From Lama guanicoe (lineage: Eukaryota), in contig MU054204.1 in NCBI GenBank assembly GCA_013239625.1, forward strand, positions 929,537 to 993,536: 64,000 nucleotides of DNA, given 5' to 3'. The first letter of the stretch is position 1. The number at the start of each line of letters is the position of its first letter. The position numbers and the translations under genes were made by a program. The notes below the pieces were generated by a model, which was not told the origin of the DNA, did no database searches, and worked only from the letters and a program-made list of their open reading frames with translations. Positions 26,521 through 39,470 of the stretch are shown here, piece by piece.

Positions 26521-27791
26521 TAGGATTAGCCCCTCGTTTTACAAAAGAGAAAACAGGCCAATGGGGGTACGTTGACCTACTTAACATGATCCAGCTAATT
26601 ATTAATTGGCAGGACTGAGACCGGAATTTATATTATCAATCCAGGTAATCTAACTAGAACCCTGGAACTCTAATTCAGAGTATACTATAGTGAACAATTT
26701 TGAACGCCTACTTTGGGCAAACTAAGTGGTAAGGGAAACAAAACCTGTATCCTAAACCAATCAGCCCAAGGCCACCAAAGACAAAAAATCTAATCAGAAG
26801 AGTCTGGCTTTTTGACCCATTGCAACGAGGGAGATTGCACACCAGAGAAACCACAGGGCATCTCACCAAAGAAAAAGTCATTATGGTATTGGGGGGAAGG
26901 GTGGAGTTTAAGTGAATTTTAAATGAAACATTGTTTTGTTTTGGTAAGCTCAAAACAGGGCTGTGTGAAGTGGTCAACGACAGGTCTGGACTTCGAAGTG
27001 AACCGAGTCCTGTTTCCTTGGGAACCAGAAAGTAAAGATAGATGTGGAATGTTGTGTCCAGATACCCCTTATCTGAAGGTCTGCACCTGGATTGGAAATT
27101 GAGGCTGCTTCTCTGGGTCCAAGAAATTTATGTCCTCCAGACAAAATGTGGGATGTTTTATTCTCACTGATAGGATTTCAAGCAGCAAAGTTTCTGATAG
27201 TCTATGATTGTAGAAAACAAAGTTTCTCAGTGAACAAAAAACATGGCGGTAACTCAAATAAGAGGGTTGTTATCCTCTCTTACAGCTGCAGCATGTCGTG
27301 GGGAGAAATACTGTTGTCTGTTAAATTTGCAGCTGGTTTTATCTATGGCTGTTATGGCAGCCTGATGAATGGACAGGATTTTGCTTTCACAGTCCAAGCT
27401 CATTTTTACTTTCTCACCTGGTAACATTTAGTCCCTACGTTCAGGCACTCACAGTATATAGGTGGGTGGGTAGGTGGAGAATAACCATAAGTATCTAAGA
27501 ATTGGGGCAGGTTGTGCTGAATCCTCTGATGATGGTAATTGTAAGTGGGGGTAACACTTCCTATAAAGGTGTGCAGGCAGCAAATCACATATGAAGACCT
27601 ATTGAGTCGTCCTCTGTGGTTGAAGCTTAGGGTAAACAAGTGTACGGAAGTTGTAGGAGGTGTAACCAGAAGATAAATCGAGTCCCAATTTTGGAAGATC
27701 CTGAGTGTTGGACTGAGATATGTACTTAATTCAGAAAGTGATTGAAAGAAAACTAAGGTTTTTGAGCAAGGTAATCCCTTTATTGGAAGGC

Positions 27792-27882
27792 TTTTTTTTT
27801 CTTTATGAGGGTACTGGGGATTGAACCCAGGACCTTGTGCATGCTAAGCACACACTCTACCACTAAGCTATACCCCCACCCC
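27792..27882 (-). mobile_element. Camelid tRNA-derived SINE, followed by an L1 tail (to ~28000)
   Basis: GGTACTGGGGATTGAACCCAGGACCTTGTGCATGCTAAGC...GCTATACCCCC. Confidence 0.85.
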
Positions 27883-28381
27883 CATTATTAAGGTATAATT
27901 GACATATAACATTATAGTAGTTCAAAGTGTGCTAAATGATTCGCTATTTGTATCTATTGCAATATGATTACCACAGTAAGTCTAGTTAACATCTGTCACT
28001 CTTCTTTAAGAAGGTAAATTGGGGTAATTGTTCAGGGAGAGGTTTGTTTGCTTGTTTGCTTTTGTCACTGCAGGATAGGAGAAACCAGAGCTTATTTGTA
28101 AGTTAAGCAGGAAGAGCCACTATTGAAACAAATTGAAGAGGCAAAAAAAAAATGGGGGTAAAGAATGGAGTATAAAATACATGGGGAGATAGAAATGAGA
28201 TGCAAAAGACAAGATAAGCTTGGGAAAGATGCCTTTTCCTGTGAAACCAGCAAAAGAGGGTTGAAGGAGAGCATCTGGTTGGAAACTATCTATCTCTGTA
28301 AAGTAAGGAAATATTAGCTTTACTTGGAGTATAGATTTATTTGGGAGAGCTTGGGCAGGAGTGATTTAGTATGAGAGGGGA

Positions 28382-28413
28382 TGCAGTACACACAGATTAC
28401 CACATGGTGTCGC
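28382..28413 (+). promoter_or_regulatory. Candidate CTCF site with upstream motif
   Basis: Core CCACATGGTGTCGC (11/14 to CCASYAGRKGGCRS) preceded by TGCAGTAC at a spacing like the CTCF upstream motif. Confidence 0.4.
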
Positions 28414-30212
28414 CACTGACCGCTGACAATTTGGAGGGCTCCAGTTGGGGATTTTAGGAGTACGTTTCGAAAAAGAACATTCTATCTTTTCCAGTTTGCA
28501 AAACAAAACCAGTTATGGGAATGGGTTCTGGAGCCAGACTGCCTGGGCTCAGAACCAACCGGACTCAAACACTTACTGTGTCACCTCGTTCAAGTTTCAC
28601 TCTCCAGTTGGATAATAAGATAAAATGTATTAATAGATGTAAAACAGTTGGGGAAGATTAAATGCACAATAAATGTGAGCTAGGATTACTGTTGATGGTG
28701 GTGATGATTAATAAGACTTCTTTGGATCCACAAGTGTTGCAAGAGCTATTATATGGTGAGTAATGAATGCCTGAACAGCAATACCTATCCAAGCAAAGTG
28801 GTTAGAATGTGGAGCTAATGAGGCAAAGTTAATAATTTAATCAGGAGGTATGGATTCTGTTAACTGTGTTCTGTTCCCCATGAGAACCTTAGCCAGGTGC
28901 CCCGCAAGTGTGTATACAAGGTCACAAGTGGATCTGGGCAAAAGAGTGTAGATAGATCAACATAAGTGAGACCCTGTACTCTCCTCCCCCTTCCTTGGAA
29001 AAAATTGAAACAATGTCCTGTCCCACCCCCCACAGTGGTCAACAGACTTTTGGTCAAAAGCCATTTTGGGTCTTCCAAAGTAAAGAGTAAACACAAGGTG
29101 ATCTTAGAAGTCAATTATAAAGAAAGAATAAAGCAATGAGTTTCTCTGTATTATAAAAGGTAGCACTTTAGAGTTCATTTTTCAAAAGAAAAACCTCCAG
29201 AGCAGTAGGTCACAGTGACACCAAACTGCCTGTCCAAAGCACCTTTATCTTTAATTTTGAAATTGTCATCGCAAATCCAGACTGAAATAGTTATGAGTCC
29301 ATCACCACGTAAAGGAGTAAGTGAATATTTCTGGTATTGTCCTTATTTCTTTATTCTACATTTTTTGGAACCCTTACTATTGTGCCAGGCACCGTGTTAG
29401 ACCCGAGAAATGCTAGTTTTAAAATAAAATACATAGGGTGCCCAAGAAATGCCTGGAACAGTTCTAGAAAAAAAATGGGAAAAATAAAAAGAAATGAACA
29501 AAGTTCTCTAGCTCAGTAGGTTAAGAAATTCTGAAAAATGGTCTGGGATCATTTGTAATCACCTTGTACCTGGAGAGCTGAGTATTAAAATTAACAAATG
29601 GCTTCTAGAACATAATGGTAGGTAACATCATGATTGGAGAAACACTACTGAAAATTACAGTGATATACCATCAGTAAAACATACAAATGTTGGTAATATA
29701 CTGTGTTGACAAAGCTGGAGGGCTGGAAGAATCCTTTCATAAGTTGCTGGTGAGAGTGCAATTAGTCAATTGAGGACAATTTTGCGATAATTATAAAATT
29801 ACAAGTACATGAGACTTTGATCCCCAAATTCCATTTTTAGGAATTTCTCCTTCACTTATGTTTGCATAGGGGTAAACTGTTGTCTGCAATTGTTTGTAAT
29901 AATAAAAAATGAGAGACAATCAGATCTCCCTCAACAGAGGATTCATCAAATAATAGTACATCTCTCCAATGAGAAAGCTCTTTGTTTACTTATATGTAAA
30001 GTTCTATGAAAAAAGCAAGTTGTGGAGCTGTGTACGTTCTCAATTTTGTACCATGGAAGTGTATAACCTGTTCAATTATGTATCTTAAAAAGTAATATAA
30101 AAAATTTTGAATAGCCTGTCAAGTATGTTTAAATTTTTTTTCAAATCATGCTTTTGTTTCCCCTTCCAGTTTTATTAAGATGTAATTGACATAATTGACA
30201 CACATTGTATAC

Positions 30213-30385
30213 TTTTGGGGGGTGTTGGGGAGTTAATTAGTTTTTTTAATGGAGGTACTGGGGATTGAACCCGGGACCTCATGATTGAACCCGGGAGCTC
30301 GTGATTGAACCCGGGACCTCGTGATTGAACCCAGGACCTCATGCATACCAGGCATGCACTCTGCCACTGAGCTATACCCTCCCCC
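30213..30385 (-). mobile_element. Camelid tRNA-derived SINE with internal 4x20-bp amplification
   Basis: SINE body containing GATTGAACCC(G/A)GGA(C/G)CTC(A/G)T four times at 30263-30342. Confidence 0.85.
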
Positions 30386-30865
30386 ACAAGAATAGTGTTT
30401 AGATTGAAGAATGAGCTGGTCTGCTTATAGCTTTAGTGTCAGCTAAAGAAAGAGCCTATTAGCCTGTGAGCATATACTAGAAAGTCTATATTATGCAAAA
30501 ACCCCGTCTTTATAATTCTCTAATTGGACCAAGCAGAATTTTTAACAGATGGTTTTCGTGAGAAAGTTGGTGTTTTAAAAATCTCATATCAGATTGCCCT
30601 CTATTTGAGAGGAAGTCCAATTCTGTCTAGATTAGAGCTGCTAGCATCTAAGGGGGCAAATAGGAGAGTTCGTTTAGGGAGTGTTTTTGAGAATTTGCAG
30701 GTCTCTAATCTGTATTCCATCCAACTGTGTTGAGCCTTCTGTTCATTGCAGGAGTGGAAGCACAGAGCATGACGGTGGTAGTTTCTCAGAACCAGTGTGA
30801 TCCCTGCTCACCCACTACCGTGAGAGCTCCTTGAGGGCACGGTCCATGTTCTTTCTATTCATCAC

Positions 30866-31160
30866 AGCTGAGCCTTTCAAACCATTTGTGGCAAAGGACC
30901 ATTTCCCCCCAAATCCATCGTGTACCAAAACTTTTATAAAATACAATAAAAATGAATTGCTAGAAAAATGAAATCAAAACAAAGATAGACAAAATACAAG
31001 CCCGATTCTTTTACGATTGTAGTCAACAGACATGAGACTCCTCTGTCAAGTTTTTGTTAAGGTTTCGAAACATTTACACTCAATTTCTTGTGGCGGATGA
31101 GCCATAAACAGTTTGTGGACTGGCGCTGGGCCAGCGACCACACTTTGAGTAAGTATTGCT
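30866..31160. mobile_element. hAT-Charlie DNA transposon remnant
   Basis: Ends in GACCACACTTTGAGTA..., a Charlie-type terminus. Confidence 0.6.
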
Positions 31161-31779
31161 TTACAGAACCACCACAGTGCCCAGCTCACAGTAGGCATTT
31201 GAAAAATGCGGGGTTGGCGACATCATTCTTCCAGTGCTTTATATTTGCAGAGTGTTTGCACATCTCTCTCCCCCTTCTACCCTCACACCACCTTCAGAAT
31301 TAAGTGGAGCAGATTTTATCGTTCCCATTTGACAGAAGAGAATGATTGAAGCATGTACATTAAGTGATTTACCTGGTCTGAACAATCCAGATTAGTCTGT
31401 GACTCCTATTGCACTTGGCAGAAGGGGCATTAAAAAAGCCCTCCAGTCAAAGAGAACCTCCCAAGAATTCCACCAATTAGAAAAACTCGCCTTAAGCTTT
31501 CCAAAAGACCGTGCATGACTTGATGGAAAGAACAGAGGGTCTGATCAGAGAGCTAGCTTGGAATCTAGGCTTGAGCAAGAGATTTTTACCTCTGAGCCGG
31601 TCTCCTTATCTCTAAAGTGAAAATAATGATAGCTTCTCCACAAAGCTGCGCTGAGAACTCAATGCTGAAAGGAAATAGCCAGCTACAGAGTTCAGAAATA
31701 ATGGCTATTATTAAAATCAGGCTGGGTTTAGAAGGACCCGCATGAAGGACTTGCTCTGTGATCTAATCACGTGGGATGC

Positions 31780-31793
31780 GCGCCATCTACTGG
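31780..31793 (-). promoter_or_regulatory. Candidate CTCF site
   Basis: Minus strand CCAGTAGATGGCGC is 14/14 to CCASYAGRKGGCRS; CACGTG E-box at 31768-31773; local CpGs retained. Confidence 0.6.
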
Positions 31794-32329
31794 TGGAGTA
31801 GAGAACATGGCTCTGGGATAAGAATGTTGCTCTCTGTTACAAATGGGATCACTGAATCGAATCGTGCCCATCTTGTCTTTCTTTTTGAGTTGGTTCCTCC
31901 TTTCCAACAGCAACGAGATGCCTCTTCTGCTCGAGGGTGAAAACCAGGTTGGAAACATGGTCTTCCACCTCCAACTGGCAGTAACAAGGCCACGCCCCCT
32001 TTCCAACATGGTATCAGAGGTCAGCTAAACAGACGATTTAAATATAAGACCCAGAGTTTCATCACATAACATCAAAAATGTCCAGGATGGAAATGAAAGA
32101 ACTTGTCATAACAGGAAACAAGGTAATCTCGACTGAAATGAAAAACAACCAACAGACACCCAGACCTATGTCACAGATGTTGGAATTACATGACAAGGAT
32201 CTTAAAGCATTCCACATAAAAATGCTTTGAAGAGCAGTTCTGAACAGGTTTGAAATGAAGGAAAAATAGAAAGTCTCAGCAAAGAAATAGATGATATAAA
32301 GGAGAACCAAATAGAAATTTTACTCTTAA

Positions 32330-33962
32330 TATAGCTTTTTATTGAAATATGGTTGATTTACAACATTGTATTAGTTTCAGGTATACAGCATAGTGAATGA
32401 TTCAGTATTTCCACTGATTATCCTCCATTATAGGTTATTACAAGATAATGGCTACAATTCCCTGTGCTATACAGTATATCCTTGCTGCTTATCTATTTTA
32501 TACATAGTATAAAATCCCATACCCCTAATTTGTCTCTCCCCTCTTCCCTCTCTCATTTAATAACCACAAATCTGTTTTCTATACCTGTGAGTCTGTTTCT
32601 GTTTTACATATACATTCCTTTGTATTTTTTTAAGATTCCACATATAAAAGCTATCATACAGTATTTGTCTTTCTCTCTCTGACTTATTTCACTAAGCATA
32701 ATATTCTCTAAGTCCAATCATGTTGCTGCAAATGGCAGAATTTCCTTTTTTATGGCTGAGTAATGTAACACACACACACATACATCTTCTTAATCCAGGC
32801 ATCTGTTGATGGGCACTTGGGTCGCTTCCATGTCTTGGCTATTGTAAATAGTGCTGCTATGAACATTGTGATACATGCATCTTTTCAAATTAGCATTTTC
32901 TCTTTTTTTCTGGATATATACTCTAGAATTAAATTGCTGGATCTAATGGTAGTTCTATTTTTGTGTTTTTGAGGAACCTCTGTACTGTTTTCCGTAATTA
33001 TTGCACCAATTTACATTCCTACCAACAGTGTACAAGGGTTCTCTTTTCTCCACACCCTCTCCAACATTTGTTATTTGTAGACTTTTTGATGATAGCCATT
33101 CTGAAAGGTGTGAGGTGATATCTCATTGTTGTTTTGATTTCCATTTCTCTAACAGTTAGCAATGTAGACCATCTTTTCATGTGCCTGTTAGCCATCTGTA
33201 TGCCTTCTTTGGGAAAGTGTCTATTAAGATCTTCTACCCATTTTTTGATTGGGTTGTTTTTTTAATATATATATATTGAGTTGTATGAACTGTTTGTATA
33301 TTTTGAACGTTAACCCTTGGTGATCACATCATTTGCAAATATTTTCTCCCATTCAGGAGATTGTCTTTTCATTTTGCCTATGGTTTCCTTTGCTGTGCAA
33401 AAGATTTTAACTTTAATTAGGTTCCATTTATTTATTTTTGCTTTTATTTCTTTTGCATTAGGAGACTGATCCAAAAAAAAATTGCTAAAATTTATGTAAA
33501 AGAGTGTTCTGCCTATGTTTTCTTCTAGAAGTTTTGTGGTTTCCATTCTCACATTTAAGTTTTTAAACCATTTTGAGTTTATATTTGTATATAATGTGAG
33601 GGAATGTTCTTATCTCATTGTTTTCCATGCTGCTGTCGTTTTCCCAACACCAGTTGCTAAAGAGGCTGTCTTTTCTCCATTGTATATTCTTGCCTCCTTT
33701 GTTGTGGATTAACTGACCATAGGTGTGTGGGTTTATTTCTGGGCTCTCTATTCTGTTCCATTGACCTAGTGTCTTTTTGTGTGTGTTTTGATTACTGTAG
33801 CTTTGTAGTATAGTCTGAAGTCTGGGAGAGTTATACTTTCAGATTTGTTCTTTTTCTCAAGTTTGCATTGGCAATTCAAAGTCTTTTGTGGTTCCATATG
33901 AGTTTTAGGATTATTTGCTCTAGTTCTGTGAAAAATGCTTACAGATATTTTGATAGGAATTG
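32330..33962 (-). mobile_element. Younger L1, ~1.6 kb of 3' ORF2 and 3'UTR
   Basis: ORF2 translations [11 protein letters not shown]...KINKWNLIK...EWEKIFAND and [26 protein letters not shown](A/G)GAAATTTTA at ~32307 and ~33963. Confidence 0.9.
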
Positions 33963-34396
33963 CCAAATGGAAATTTTAGAACTGAAAAATACAATGATTG
34001 AAATTTTCCAAAATTTGAGAAAAGACACAAACCAATAGCTAAGCAACCCACAAACAGGATAAACCCAAAGAAATCCACACCAAGATACATCATAATCTAA
34101 CTTTTGAAAACTAAACACAAAAATCTTGAAGCCACCAAGTGAAAAATGAAGGCATGTTTATCATCAGAAACCATTATGCCAGAAGGAAGTGTTGCAAAAT
34201 TTTTCAAGGGCTAAAAGAATAGAAAATATAAAGAACATTCAAAATTGAACAGTAAAAGAAAACAAATACTCTAATGAGAAGATGAGAAAAAACATGAAGA
34301 AGCATTTCACTGAAGAGGAGATACAAAAGGTAAACACATAAAAAGATGCTCAATGTCACTAGGGTTTAGGGAAATGCAAATTAAGACTATGATGAG

Positions 34397-34550
34397 GGTG
34401 GGAGGGTATAGCTCAGTGGTAGAATGCATACTTAGCATACAGGGGATTCTGGGTTCAATCCCCAGTACCTCCATTTAATAAATAAATAAATCTAATTACC
34501 TCCCAAAATAATTTAAAAAGTAAAATTGGTATTAAAAAAATCCTTAAAAA
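34397..34550 (+). mobile_element. Camelid tRNA-derived SINE
   Basis: Exact TSD AAGACTATGATGAG at 34383 and 34551. Confidence 0.9.
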
Positions 34551-34738
34551 AAGACTATGATGAGATATAACTAGACACCTACTAGAACTGCTAAGCTAAA
34601 AAAAAATGATAATACTAAATGCTGACAAGGATGTGGAGAAACTGGATGGATACATTTCTGGTGGGAATGTAAAATGGTACAGCCAGTCTGGAAAATCTTT
34701 TAGCATTTTCTTAATAAACTACACATACATTTACCCTA

Positions 34739-35644
34739 TGACCAAGAACAAGTTCAAGGTCCTGTATGAGAAGGGACAGAAGGGACCCGTGACTGCCCTG
34801 TGTCACTGCAACTGCCACTTGGTGTAACCATTAGCCAGAAGAGCTTCCCGTGGAGCCTGTCTCCAGTGAGCTAAGGGGCATGGCCTTCATTAGCACCCAG
34901 CTGTGCTTCCAGCACATGATAAGCATGAAGCACTTCATCCTGGCCACGGCTGCCATGAGGAGCATCTCGCTGCTATGCTACCAGGAGGACAGCAAGATAC
35001 TGAGACTTAGGTACTGGGACGACAAGCCCCTTGAGGTGTACAGCATGGACTTCACGGTAGACAAAGCCCAGCTGGGCTTCTGGGTGTCTGCCCGAGACCG
35101 CCAGATCGTGGTCTACCTGCACCTGCCGGAAGCCAAGGAGAGTTTCGGGGGCATGTACCTGCTGCAGTGAGCAGACTTCCACGTAGGCACCCAAGTGAAC
35201 ATGATCTGGAGGACCCCGGGCAGAGGGCTACGGAGGGGCCCAGCAAAAACTCAGTAGTGTGGGAGAACCAGCACTTTCCATAGTTTGTCACACTGGACAG
35301 TGGCATTGGGCTTCAGCTGCTGCTGAAGCTGTTAAACAGGCAGACCACCATACTGCCCTGCCACTCTGGCCCCAAGCCCGTGACAGGTGGATGTGCAGCA
35401 GGCCCATGGACTGTCGCATCCTAGAGAACACAGTGCTGACCATCTTTCCCCCAGCTGCTCAGCCGCTGCCTTCACTTGGAAATTGTGGGACACGGCGAGC
35501 TGGCCAAGATCAGCATGATGCCTGGCATTGTCCTGAACAAGCTGACAGAGACCTAAGGCATCACCACCCACTTCTAGACCCAGGGACGCTGCACCACCCC
35601 TGTGTGCTGCTTCCCACCTGCCTTTGTATAAAACACAGGGAAAC
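34739..35644 (+). pseudogene. CPSF1: CPSF1 (CPSF160) processed pseudogene, 5'-truncated (C-terminal region and 3'UTR)
   Basis: Translates to [70 protein letters not shown] and terminal HF* (TAG 35575-35577). Intronless, with stops at 34825 and 35168 and frameshifts. Confidence 0.93.
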
Positions 35645-36169
35645 GGGGAAAGGGAGGGGGGAACGATTGTTACATGCAATAACTTAAATGGATCTCAAGG
35701 ACATTATGGTGAGTACAAAAAAGCAATCTCAAAAGGTCACGTATTATAGGATTCTGTTTACTTAAGATTTTCAAAATGAGAAAATTATAGAGGCAGAGAA
35801 CAGATGAGTGGTTGCCATGGAAGAATGGTGGCAGGAGGGAGGAGGTGTGGCTAGAAAGAAGCGGCACAATGGAGATCTTCCCGGTGATGGAACCATTCTA
35901 TATCATGATTGCTGTGGTGCTTACACGAATCTCCACATGTGATAAAAATGAATCTACACATGGGATAAAAAAACAGCACAGAAGTATCTGCATACTTTGT
36001 ATGAATGTCAGTTTCCTGAATTATATATTATACTATCGTTTCTAACATGTAACTCTGGGGAAAATTTGAGTCACGTTTACAAAGGACCTCCATAGTATTT
36101 TCACAGCTTCCTGTGAATCTATAATTATTTCCAAATAAAAAGTGTTGTTTGTTTTGTTTTGTTTTTTAA

Positions 36170-37130
36170 AGAATTGAAATAGTGGAATCAGCCATCAAGT
36201 ATAGACAATTTTAGGGAGGAATTCTGCTATAAAGGGGAACAGAGAAATGGGGTGGGTAGTGAGCAAGGGAGGGTGGCTCAAAATAAGACTTTTTACGCTT
36301 TGTAATGGGAACAGTAACAGCATGGTTGAAACTGATGGGAAAGACCCTGTAGAAGGGGAAAAAAATTATGCTCGAGGGGCAAGAGAGGGGACAATTGCCA
36401 GAAGAGGAGTAGAGGGGTTGGCTTCAGCTAAAAGCAGGGACGGTTCATTGTCATAGGAGAAAAGGTAGAATATATACATAGATTTAGGTACGTAGGTAGA
36501 TGAAGTGGTAGAAATTTATGAGCTTTGTTTTCTGATTGCCTCTGTTTTTTTCAGTGAAATTGGAAGCAAGGTCATGAGCTGAGAGTGAGGACGGGGGTGG
36601 AGGTGTGAGAGGTTTGAAGGGAGACGAGAAGGTATGAAATAGTTGTCTAGGAAACTGGGAGAGTAAATGGACTAGGATAATATTATGTGATTTCCTGGCA
36701 ACATTAAGTGCCCACTTGAGGTTCATGGTCTTGAATTTGAAGTGAGAGCGTCATTCTGTGTTTTGCTCCAGCTATGTTCAGCTCCAGGGAGGTAGGAGAG
36801 GGGTGGCAGTTATTGGTAATGACAAGATAGAGGCAAGAGACTGCAGTTCGGTGGAGGACAGAACTGGGAAAGAGGATTTCAAGGAACTGAGAGGTTAGGG
36901 TGTTAGAAGGATCATGTATTGAGATATTGAAATCACAAAGAATTATGACAGGATTAATTGGAGAGGGTTACAGTGAGATAGAAGCTAACATATATATATA
37001 CACACACATATATATATGATACATATTATACAATATGAATATAACACAGTCTGTGACAGGAAATTGAAAGATGGGGACTTTTAGGGAGAATAAAGGGAGA
37101 ATGATTTGAAAGTGGCAGTGAGGGACCTTA
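36170..37130 (-). mobile_element. Decayed L2
   Basis: TTCTGATTGCCTCTGTTTTTTTCAGTGAAATTGGAAGCAAGGTCAT.AGCTGAGAGTGAG L2 motif. Confidence 0.65.
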
Positions 37131-37217
37131 GGCTGTGGGAGAAAACAACCACCGCTTGAGAGGGCTGTATGGTCCTTGGGCTGATCCACATTTCAGTCAG
37201 ATTAAGAAAGTGAGGGT

Positions 37218-37340
37218 AGTAGGGAAGGGTATAGCTCAGTGGTAGATCACATACTTTGCATGCACAAGGTCATGGGTTCAATCCCCAGTACCTCCATTAA
37301 AATAAATAAGTAAATAAATAAAAACATCATTACCCCCCCC
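37218..37340 (+). mobile_element. Camelid tRNA-derived SINE
   Basis: SINE head, B box and (AAAT)n tail. Confidence 0.85.
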
Positions 37341-38179
37341 AAAAATTTTTAAGAAATAGAAGAGCGAGTGAAGCATTCTACAAATAGGGAAAGGATTTGG
37401 GGTGGGGGTTGCTGAAGACTTTGAGTTCTAGATAAGGTGACTATATAATTTATCACCCAAATCTGGAAGACATTGAGAATGACAAATGTTAAACTGGGCA
37501 AGACAGGACAGTGGCACACCACTTATACACTGGAACTGTCCTAGGAAAACCAAGACTAGAATTCTAGAGGACAAGTGGAAGGATTTCAGGATCTGGAGAG
37601 GGCTAAGTAATGGGGTAGGTTAGGTGAATACACTAAATTGCATGGAATTAGAATATGAAATATGCTGATAATGACCAAGGAGTCCCAGGGTTTGGGGGAT
37701 GACGGACCTAAACAAAATTGAAGGACATAAAGAGCTGAGTCCTGGTGATATTAAGTCAGATTGTGGCAAGTCTGTCAGTGTTGAGAGGGAGAAATGGGTG
37801 GGTGTTCAGGGCCTGCCCTTCACTCCTACCAATGGAGATGCAGAGTCCCAGGAAAGGGAGTTCTATTCCTAGCCGACAACAACAGCTCCTGGATCCTAAG
37901 CCCCACTGGGGAAGGTCTTGATATCTCTGAAATTCTTTGTGCTCCCAGTATGAATTGTTTTGGGAACTAGAACTGTGCTGACTGCAAGTGAGGAAATTAA
38001 TAGAGATGCTGAGGATGGAAGAGACAAGGGACTCGGTGATGTTTCCAACAGAAACTGTAGGGAAACACACTAACATTGACAAAATTATAAAATACCAAGC
38101 TGAATAGGAAAAAAACAGAGTCCATCACTGAGATCCAAAAACCTAACTGCACAAGAACAAAATGGGTAAGATGCTGCTG

Positions 38180-39470
38180 AACTACTCAAGGTCTCTTATT
38201 CCTCTTTTCTTTTCTATATTCATTCCCCAGGTGAGTTCTTCTATTCTCATGGTTTTAATTACCATTAATATGTCTATGACTTCCAAACGTATCACTCTAG
38301 ACTTAATACCCCCCCTCAATTTCAGATCATAGATCTACCTGCCCTCTTAGCATCTCAACTTGGATGTCTAATAGATGTCTCAGAGATAACATGTTCAACA
38401 CTGAACCCCTGATTTTTCCTTAAAAATTTGTTCCACCCCCACTGTGCCTCATCTCAGTTGATGGAAAATTATCCTTCCAGTTACTCAAGCCAAAATTCAT
38501 TGGCCATAACTTTCACCCTAGTTCTATCCTCAGTTATCTTTGGTTTCTCTCTTTCTCACATCCTGCATCCAATCCATTAGCAAATCCTTTTGATTTTCTC
38601 TTCAAAATATATCCAGGATTGTACCACGTCTAACTTCCATCACTACCTCACTATTTCTAAACGCCATGATCTCTCACCTCAGTTACTGTAATATTCTCCT
38701 GACTGATGTCCTTGATTTTACCCTTGCCACCCTATATTCTATTCACAACACAGAAGTCAGAGTGATTCTTTTATAACACAAATCGAATTATGCTACTCCT
38801 GTGTTCAAAACCTTCCAATAGCTTCCTCATCTCACCCAAACAAAAATCCATACTCCTTATCACGGCTTACAAGACAGGCCCTATGATCTGTTCCCTGCAT
38901 AACTCTCCTCTAGACACACTAACTTTGTATGACTGGGTTTTTTTGTTGCGGGGCGGATTAGGTTTATTTATTTAGTTAGGTATTTTTTAATGGAGGTACT
39001 GGGGATTGAACCCAGGATCTCCTGCACACTAAGCATGTACTCTAACCACTGAACTATACCCTCTCCCCTCTATGGCTGTGTTAGAGCTGACATGCTCTTC
39101 CTGCCTCAGGGCCTTTGCACTTGCTGCTTTCTCTACATGGAAAGCGCTCCCTCCCCTATCCCCATCCCACCAGATATCCCCTTGACAACTCCTCCTGTCT
39201 TTTGTGTCTCTGTTCATATATCTTGTCCTTCCCTTCTATCACTCCTTCTTAAATACCACCTCCTTTGTCATCCATTCCCTTAACTCAATTTATTTTTCTT
39301 CAAGCACTTTTTACAAGGCTATGTATTTCACTCATTTTATTTATTATCACTTCCTCCCACCAGAATGTAAATTTCTTGAAGGCTAGAATTTTGTCTCATT
39401 CATCACTACATCTACAGCCCTAACAATAGTGCCTGGTACATGGCAGGTACTCAAAATTTTGATTGAATGG
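38180..39470 (+). mobile_element. L2a-like 3' region
   Basis: CATCTCAACTTGGATGTCTAATAG; CCTCAGGGCCTTTGCACTTGCTG; AACAATAGTGCCTGGTACATGGCAGGTACTCAA...GAATG end. Confidence 0.8.
38938..39069 (-). mobile_element. Camelid tRNA-derived SINE
   Basis: Antisense SINE inside the L2. Confidence 0.85.

Larger units (their letters stand above)
31900..36140 (+). mobile_element. Old L1M element (ORF1 remnants to 3' end) hosting three later insertions
   Basis: ORF1-like (CAGATGTTGGAATTA..GACAAGGA; AACAGGATAAACCCAAAGAAATCCACACC), ORF2-end and 3'UTR L1M motifs, all colinear on +. Confidence 0.7.

Noticed and set aside
30263..30342. CRISPR-like direct repeats
   Set aside because: The units are contiguous with no spacers and derive from the SINE body.
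34850..35170. 106-aa ORF as a functional CPSF1-derived retrogene
   Set aside because: Non-ATG start, surrounded by stops and frameshifts, many radical substitutions, and no promoter evident.
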